Notes under the pieces: model-generated
Told to the model about the DNA's origin: nothing
Database searches by the model: none
The model's input: the letters and a program-made list of their open reading frames with translations, nothing else
Shown here: positions 58,292 to 64,000 of the stretch, in pieces
How the letters are laid out: each line of letters opens with the position of its first letter
Position numbering within the stretch: the stretch's first letter is position 1
Source: a virus
Reading direction: 5' to 3' (one strand)
DNA: 64,000 nucleotides
Virus record (IMG/VR): IMGVR_UViG_3300045684_000009
Coordinates: 32,001-96,000 of that record
Translations under genes and position numbers: made by a program

Positions 58292-59025
58292 TACTTCTTA
58301 TTTGTCATTTGTAATTTCCAGCCTTTAGGAAACAGTTGTTTATATATTTCAAAATTCCACATTTGAAGACATTCTAACCACCACAAAGTATCATACGTAT
58401 TGTGGTTAAACATCTTATTCAATTCAGAGTAAACTCTTTCAGTAGATATTACTGAGAAGTCTCCATTGTAATCTTTGATAGCGTCTTCTATCTCATCTGA
58501 CAATTCAAACTCTTTAGTACATGCAAATCTCAATGCTCTCAATATACGTAGAGGGTCATCGTTGAAAGTCACATGAGCGTCAATAGGTGTTTGTAAAATT
58601 CGGTTAGCCAAATCTTCCATCCCACCAAACAAATCAATAATCTCACCATCCTCCGCTTTAGCCATTGCATTAACAGTAAAGTCTCTACGCTCTAAGTCAT
58701 CTCTCAATGTACCTAGTTCAACTATAGGAGTCCTTGTTCCCTCCACATATCCAACTTCTTTTCGGGCAATAACAAAGTCAGCAACACCACTATGAGTATG
58801 GTCATCGGGAAACAAAGCACGAACAGTATAACAATTTTCCGTAACCAAAAAGATTTCATATCCTTGTGTTTCTAAATGTTCAGCAAATTTGCGTGTAACT
58901 GTATTGACATCCCATTTTGTGGGGTCATCTAATACAACCGAATAATCTATATCCTTAGATTGTAATCCTAACAATTGGTCTCTTATCCGACCACCAACCT
59001 CATATAGTGTATATTTCATTACCAA
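58291..59025 (-). CDS. cca: tRNA nucleotidyltransferase (class II CCA-adding enzyme, compact form)
   Basis: VGGRIRD.LLG...KDIDY, flexible loop ARKE.GY...TR.P, DLERRDFTVNAMA, DDPLRILRALRF and STERVYSEL motifs. No HD domain. Confidence 0.88.
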   Translation of the reverse strand: MVMKYTLYEVGGRIRDQLLGLQSKDIDYSVVLDDPTKWDVNTVTRKFAEHLETQGYEIFLVTENCYTVRALFPDDHTHSGVADFVIARKEVGYVEGTRTPIVELGTLRDDLERRDFTVNAMAKAEDGEIIDLFGGMEDLANRILQTPIDAHVTFNDDPLRILRALRFACTKEFELSDEIEDAIKDYNGDFSVISTERVYSELNKMFNHNTYDTLWWLECLQMWNFEIYKQLFPKGWKLQMTNKK

Positions 59026-59270
59026 CTCACTCTAAATGTAATTTCATCGCCAATATTGACTCGCATTTTACCCCTAACCTTGCGCAAATGCTCACAAGCT
59101 TGTTCACATGCCATATCTAAAGGCATATCATCATCTTCTGTAAATCCAACGTATTCTGAAACTGTATGGTTGTAGGTTTCACCGTCATAAAAGTCTAAAT
59201 CCTTCCATAATTCAATTACGTGTGGGGGGAAACCATCTTGAAATATTTCATATATCCTTGTTTGTTTCAT
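59019..59270 (-). CDS. Hypothetical protein
   Basis: Packed ORF. Confidence 0.5.
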   Translation of the reverse strand: MKQTRIYEIFQDGFPPHVIELWKDLDFYDGETYNHTVSEYVGFTEDDDMPLDMACEQACEHLRKVRGKMRVNIGDEITFRVSW

Positions 59271-59626
59271 TATGCTCCTAATTTTAATACATCAGTAAAT
59301 GAAGGTTCGGATATTGAGATATTCCAACTACCCTTAATCTCACCAGCCTTAGTGATAGTCTTCCACATATCTCCATGCTCCTCACCCTCACCCTCTACGA
59401 AGAAGAAGTGGTTGGGGAATAACTTTGAAAGCTCCTTAATATTTGATTCATGATCGTACCATTTCATGTCATCACCAAGTTCACCTAAATCAATACTGTA
59501 CTCAGATATATCTTCTAACCTACGTTCTATTAGGTATGCCTCGTCAGATGTATAATCCAACTTTTCAAATTTACCATTTGTCTTTTCAGTGTAAACGTTT
59601 ACTATAAATCTTGTGTAATATCCCAT
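59270..59626 (-). CDS. Conserved phage protein (MGY.T.F...KWY......S..FP...F...GEGEE.GD.W)
   Basis: Recognisable phage family pattern of unknown function. Confidence 0.6.
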   Translation of the reverse strand: MGYYTRFIVNVYTEKTNGKFEKLDYTSDEAYLIERRLEDISEYSIDLGELGDDMKWYDHESNIKELSKLFPNHFFFVEGEGEEHGDMWKTITKAGEIKGSWNISISEPSFTDVLKLGA

Positions 59627-59627
59627 G

Positions 59628-60173
59628 TTATGCTAATTTAAATTGTTTTAAAAATGTTCTTAAATCGAGAATACTTTCTCCACCCATTTCTGTTAAATAC
59701 TTTTCCCACGCATCTGGAAAATCAAGAGATAAAGCTGTAGGTTCTTGGTCAGATTTATATACACCTTTAGAATCAGGGTCTAACCACTTATTAAAGTCAG
59801 GATACTTATCATAATCCCACACTCTCTCGTCAGCAAGAAATACTACTGCGGTGAGTGCGTCATTTAAGTCTGGCTCATGAAATGTAGCGTGAGGTACGTC
59901 ATTATTAACTAACCAAGCATGCTGCTGATTTAAAGTGCCGATACTAAACCCTTCATCGTCTATTTTACTATTAGTAGTACCACCATTAAGTATAATGAAT
60001 GTTTTATCATCCTCTGCCCATATATTGCAATCATGAACACAGCCCGCATTCAGGCAATCATAATTGTCCATCATATACTCAACAACAGCATGTCCAAACT
60101 GTATACCTTGTTGAATAGGTGAAAGGTTGTACGGTACGAGTCCGTACATTCTGTATTTTAGTTTATCTGTCAT
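59628..60173 (-). CDS. Peptidyl-tRNA hydrolase type 2 (Pth2)-like protein
   Basis: MY.LV...LS..Q.GIQ.GHA, W....KT.I.L and F.EPDL....TAV pattern of the PTH2 fold. Confidence 0.6.
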   Translation of the reverse strand: MTDKLKYRMYGLVPYNLSPIQQGIQFGHAVVEYMMDNYDCLNAGCVHDCNIWAEDDKTFIILNGGTTNSKIDDEGFSIGTLNQQHAWLVNNDVPHATFHEPDLNDALTAVVFLADERVWDYDKYPDFNKWLDPDSKGVYKSDQEPTALSLDFPDAWEKYLTEMGGESILDLRTFLKQFKLA

Positions 60174-61246
60174 AAGTTATCTTTTCTAATTGTTAATAAT
60201 AAATTCTGTGTAAACTTAGGCTTAACCTCGCGAGGTAAATTAGATGCATCAAATGCTGCTTTAATATCGTCAATCATAGACTCAGCATCGTCAAGTAATT
60301 CGTCATACTTCATCTCACCTCTACGGATTTGAAGTAGATATTCTCTCTCAGGTCTACGCACCACAATACCTTTACCATCTGCAATGTCCTTAGACATATT
60401 TAGAAGTCTCATACAATGCATCATGTTTTTGTGGTCGTATCCTTGCTCTCCCTTTAGATTATCTCTATATCTAGCTTCATTCCTATTCTCTAACCATTCA
60501 GTGTATTCTCTATAATCCTTACAATGCATTGAGTATGCATCTACATCAAATCTAAGATACGTTAGGTGACAAGCGTCTTTAGGTATGCTCACAGTTCTAA
60601 CATTGTTAGAATCGTCACCAATAATACCACCATCCCCGTCATCCATGTCGTACATAGAGTATGTATTTGGGATGTTATTAACTTTAGCTAAACCTATATA
60701 CTTTTGAGCAATTATGGGGTCACCTGCCCCATTAATGTCGCACCATTTTTTAAAATTTACAGTGTGTTCGTTGTACATTAATACATAACAAAAATCAAGT
60801 ACATCCTTTCTAGTCATTGCTTTAGCCTCTTGGTTTATTTTCTTATTTAAACCTTTTGCCTTTTGTATTTGAGAGTACGCGTATCCTGTATACGTATGTT
60901 TTAACTTTGTAGTGATGAATTTGGCTCTAGTTTCTTCAGGGAAGTATTTAACCCAATCATCTGTTGTAATACGTACACAGTCGTCGGGTAAATTAAACAA
61001 CTCCTGCATATTAGGATTACCTTTCGATAATAGTTCTATAAATCGACCTATTTCATAATATGTTTCATCGTTGGTGTTGTCGGATATTTGAGGAATATAT
61101 CTACCCGCAAGTACTTCATCTGTGGGTAGAATAAAAACACCCCTCACGTCAACGTCACTACCTTCTACGTTTGTCCCATAAGCATGTGAACCCGATATAC
61201 CTTCGAATATAATGCGCCCCGAAGTTCTTAATTGTTCAATATTCAT
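60170..61246 (-). CDS. Pol-beta superfamily nucleotidyltransferase (RlaP/YcgL-like)
   Basis: GSHAYGT..EGSDVDVRGVF, YEIGRF..LL.KGNPN..E, GYA..Q and YD.KNMMHC.RLL...LL.IRRGE motifs. Confidence 0.88.
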   Translation of the reverse strand: MNIEQLRTSGRIIFEGISGSHAYGTNVEGSDVDVRGVFILPTDEVLAGRYIPQISDNTNDETYYEIGRFIELLSKGNPNMQELFNLPDDCVRITTDDWVKYFPEETRAKFITTKLKHTYTGYAYSQIQKAKGLNKKINQEAKAMTRKDVLDFCYVLMYNEHTVNFKKWCDINGAGDPIIAQKYIGLAKVNNIPNTYSMYDMDDGDGGIIGDDSNNVRTVSIPKDACHLTYLRFDVDAYSMHCKDYREYTEWLENRNEARYRDNLKGEQGYDHKNMMHCMRLLNMSKDIADGKGIVVRRPEREYLLQIRRGEMKYDELLDDAESMIDDIKAAFDASNLPREVKPKFTQNLLLTIRKDNL

Positions 61247-61821
61247 ATTTGTGATTTAAAATAATTTAATGATTTTACAACCCTGGTGTCAAAAACATCT
61301 TCAGATGTATACCGTTTAATTATGTGGTCCACATATTCTGATTTATGACGCTTCCAAGTACTCACAGCTTCTCTTTTTTCTGAAAATACACCGATATGAC
61401 GCTCCAACCCGTCGTGATTCATTCTAACCCTGTATTTACCATTTTTAATAGTTATTCCTGTAGGTAGTTCTCGATTCAGGGATGAGTGAAGATTTAAGCA
61501 GTTATTAACATATCTAGGTATAAATACGCAAACATCAGGGTCGTATCTTTTATTACCTGGCTTCAATAAATCCTTATCTAAATGATACCCATCTATATAG
61601 TTAGAGTCCCACCATTGTTTAAATTTAGAGAACGATAACCATTCCGAACAGACGGAACAATCAACGTATGTGGGATACTTATTGAGAGATTTAGGTGAAT
61701 ATACTCTAAATAATATAGATTTCCAAATTGCATATTCTTTTAATTTAGACACCCCTCCTCCATAGTCATTCATACCTACGCCGTATACCAATCCCATAAT
61801 ATTATAATGTTGATTCTTCAA
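61243..61821 (-). mobile_element. Free-standing HNH-type homing endonuclease with AP2-like DNA-binding domain
   Basis: Y..W..I..R.Y......PTY....VC.EW..FS.F..W, LDKDLL..GNK.Y.P..C.F.P...N and G.F....EA motifs. Confidence 0.8.
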
Positions 61822-62107
61822 TGAATAAATACTCTCCTGAATCTAACCTACGTCTACAGTCATCTAATCCACAGTTTAGAAACTCATTTCTATATTTACC
61901 TGTAGTTCTTGAATAGTTCCAAGCACCTGTCAAGAAAACTGTATCGCTGTTGTCTTTTATAGCGATTATACTATCATATGATTTGAACATACTACCATTA
62001 TCAAATTCGATAATTATTTGCTTTGGTGTTAAGTTGCGACCACGCGTTCGCATGTTCCTAGCACTCTTAAATGTACCTAACGTTTGTACTACTGTTTTAA
62101 GTTTCAT
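61802..62107 (-). CDS. Conserved hypothetical phage protein
   Basis: F.SY.S.IA......L...WNYSRTTGKYRNEFL pattern. Confidence 0.6.
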   Translation of the reverse strand: MKLKTVVQTLGTFKSARNMRTRGRNLTPKQIIIEFDNGSMFKSYDSIIAIKDNSDTVFLTGAWNYSRTTGKYRNEFLNCGLDDCRRRLDSGEYLFIEESTL

Positions 62108-62586
62108 ATTCCATATTTTGAATAGAGCTGTTTAAACTCTAAGTTACCTAATAAAGATTCTAATTGTTTCTGTTGTTTTCTAATTACTTTCCCTCCCACA
62201 CATCTATCTCTATACATATCACGTTCTAAACATTGGTCAACCGAAGTTTTCATTAAAAATATATGAGGGTCGAAGTTAATGTTACCAATTAAAGGTTTAA
62301 GATAAGATATCTTTAAATTAGTAGCATCTATGATAACATTTCTATCTGCACATGTGGCGGAGTCAAGTATGCCATTAATTACATCAGTAACTAATTCTTC
62401 CCTATAACTTATATCTTTAGAGTTATAGTAATCTTTATGTTGATGGTCTTCTAACCCCCACAATGCACTTCTAATACTATCTCTTGATACTATTATAGTG
62501 TGAGAGTGTTCTTTCATCAACCTCTTTGCTTCTGTAGACTTACCTGAACCTGATACGCCTATAAGTATAAACATTTTATTCATCAT
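62104..62586 (-). CDS. Polynucleotide kinase (PseT-like kinase domain only)
   Basis: Walker A GVSGSGKST, SRD.IR, IIDATN and CLERD..R..VG..VI motifs. Confidence 0.85.
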   Translation of the reverse strand: MMNKMFILIGVSGSGKSTEAKRLMKEHSHTIIVSRDSIRSALWGLEDHQHKDYYNSKDISYREELVTDVINGILDSATCADRNVIIDATNLKISYLKPLIGNINFDPHIFLMKTSVDQCLERDMYRDRCVGGKVIRKQQKQLESLLGNLEFKQLYSKYGI

Positions 62587-63386
62587 TCTGATTTTAAATG
62601 TAAGCTAATATATTGTCTTAATTGTTTCATACCAGTTAACTGGCCACCTATTGATATTTCATGATGTAAATTATCAGCATCTAACTTGTCTTTCTCTCTC
62701 TTTCGAATCCTCTTATCAATCCACGCCAATAACTCATCTTTGTTAACAGAACCTGGCGTACTGTAATCTCCCGACTTAGGTGCTAAACTCTTAAACTCAG
62801 AATATTTGTCTTTAAATAATGTATGGTATCTAGCATGTATAACCTCCCACAATTCATTCCTTTCATGTTTATCAGCCAAGATATATAATTCTTCAAGTAA
62901 CCACTTATACCTTGCTGGTTCTACGATGTCACCATGTCTTATTATCTGAATTCCGAAATCAAATATACGAATGGCGTGGAATATAGACTTTATAGCTAAC
63001 ACCTTGTCATAATCTGCAGATACAGTTAACTTCTTATTTCCCTTAACCCACGCACCGTTGGCAACTGTCGAGAACGACTTCCTAAGTTTTCCTAAATCAA
63101 TATCTATAGGTCCATAATTTCGATCACTATCAAGGTATATACATTCAATCGCCCTAACGTCATGAGCGTCAACTGCTGCATCGAAATCAACCTTAGTAAA
63201 TATATGTATTGTAATATTACCTTCATCTATTAGAGAACCGTAATCGGGGTAAGGCTCACCGTCTGCTAATACTAATATGTAGTCATGGTCAGAACCTTTT
63301 CGTTGAGTACCGTAAGTAAATGAGCCAAACTTAAATATAGAATCGAAGTTTAATGTGGATGTTACTTTATCTAATTTATCATGCAT
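62583..63386 (-). CDS. Pol-beta superfamily nucleotidyltransferase
   Basis: FGSFTYGT....SDHDYI, H....IEC and KSIFHAIRI motifs. Confidence 0.8.
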   Translation of the reverse strand: MHDKLDKVTSTLNFDSIFKFGSFTYGTQRKGSDHDYILVLADGEPYPDYGSLIDEGNITIHIFTKVDFDAAVDAHDVRAIECIYLDSDRNYGPIDIDLGKLRKSFSTVANGAWVKGNKKLTVSADYDKVLAIKSIFHAIRIFDFGIQIIRHGDIVEPARYKWLLEELYILADKHERNELWEVIHARYHTLFKDKYSEFKSLAPKSGDYSTPGSVNKDELLAWIDKRIRKREKDKLDADNLHHEISIGGQLTGMKQLRQYISLHLKSE

Positions 63387-64000
63387 ATCTAAATTCTCTT
63401 ATATTATTTGAATCTAATAATTGTTGTAACAACGGATCATCACAATCCTCAATGTAATAGTTTTCTAACTCTCCTTTATTGTACATATCGTTCATGGTCT
63501 TCCTCAAACCATCGTGTCTGTTCTTAAGGCGAACTACCATTTTATGGTTGTTGTTGTATAACTCTATTTGTTTTCTAACGCCCTCCAATGTGGGAAGTTC
63601 ATTCTTTAGTAGACAACTAGCACAGTATAAACCTCTAGCAGCGTGTCCTAACTTCTTATCGTGTTTCCAATTCCTTATATCTCGTTTAGCGAAACCTAAA
63701 TAAGCCTTAATTACTTTGTAAGTTCTTACGTGAGCTAAAGCTGATTCATCTAACAGGCTACCTTTTTTAAATAAAGACCTATTCCACATAATTACATCAC
63801 TGTTTATAGTGGATTCACCCGAGGTTTGATTGCGGGAGAATTGATCCATTGTTGTCCAAATATAATCAGTGTTATCTTCTGTATATTGGAATTGATGAGA
63901 GTTTGGGAACATCCCTAAGTCATCATTCCACGAAGTTGGTGGTCGATAAACACACAATAAATCCAGATCACTATCTCTACTATTAGTTCCATATAACCTA
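63379..64000 (-). CDS. Pol-beta superfamily nucleotidyltransferase (5'-truncated by the window edge)
   Basis: The frame is open to the window end. Manual translation upstream of the called start reads RLYGTNSRDSDLDLLCVY (YGT..SD.D motif). KAYLGFAKRD and HAARGLY follow downstream. Confidence 0.8.
   Translation of the reverse strand, partial: RLYGTNSRDSDLDLLCVYRPPTSWNDDLGMFPNSHQFQYTEDNTDYIWTTMDQFSRNQTSGESTINSDVIMWNRSLFKKGSLLDESALAHVRTYKVIKAYLGFAKRDIRNWKHDKKLGHAARGLYCASCLLKNELPTLEGVRKQIELYNNNHKMVVRLKNRHDGLRKTMNDMYNKGELENYYIEDCDDPLLQQLLDSNNIREFRYA

Noticed and set aside
1-64000. Stop-codon reassignment (TAG or TGA), as in some crAss-like phages
   Set aside because: Long genes are intact under code 11, and both TAG (e.g. 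19830) and TGA (e.g. 53951, 62583) end genes at tight junctions.
39112-64000. tRNA genes accompanying the CCA enzyme
   Set aside because: Intergenic gaps are too short, and I saw no cloverleaf or T-loop GTTCRA in a suitable context. Such genes may lie outside the window.

Overview
This is a 64-kb segment of an AT-rich, densely coded, apparently lytic dsDNA podophage of the crAss-like type in the broad sense. The host is probably Bacteroidota, based on A-rich non-SD leaders, a TAnnTTTG promoter motif, a signal peptide followed by Gln, and a K(D/E)2-type lipoprotein signal. The standard genetic code is used. Two convergent blocks meet at a hairpin at 39117-39150. The plus-strand block (1-39111) is the virion and lysis module. 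It holds very Cys-rich outer structural proteins, a beta-helix tailspike, a chain of tail-fibre genes, a lipoprotein M43 metalloprotease next to a lipoprotein amidase, crAss-type ring/HU-like/muzzle genes, and three large, almost Cys-free cargo proteins. The cargo proteins carry candidate caspase-fold, lysozyme-like, GNAT and zincin domains, with no recognisable virion RNA polymerase. The minus-strand block (39173-64000) covers replication, metabolism and counter-defence. It includes RecA, NinG-like, class II RNR, MazG, two C5 methyltransferases, an exonuclease, an SSB-like protein, a PRPS-like plus NAMPT-like pair matching the NARP1 NAD+ reconstitution pathway, and a dNTP diphosphohydrolase-HAD fusion. 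It ends in a cluster of four nucleotidyltransferases with a kinase, a phosphoesterase and a Pth2-like protein, which looks like an expanded RNA/tRNA repair system. The most unusual observations are the Cys-rich exterior versus Cys-free cargo dichotomy, an exact 13-aa Cys periodicity, matching end motifs between consecutive fibre proteins, the two lipoprotein hydrolases, and the nucleotidyltransferase island. All calls come from motif recognition by eye; no searches were run.
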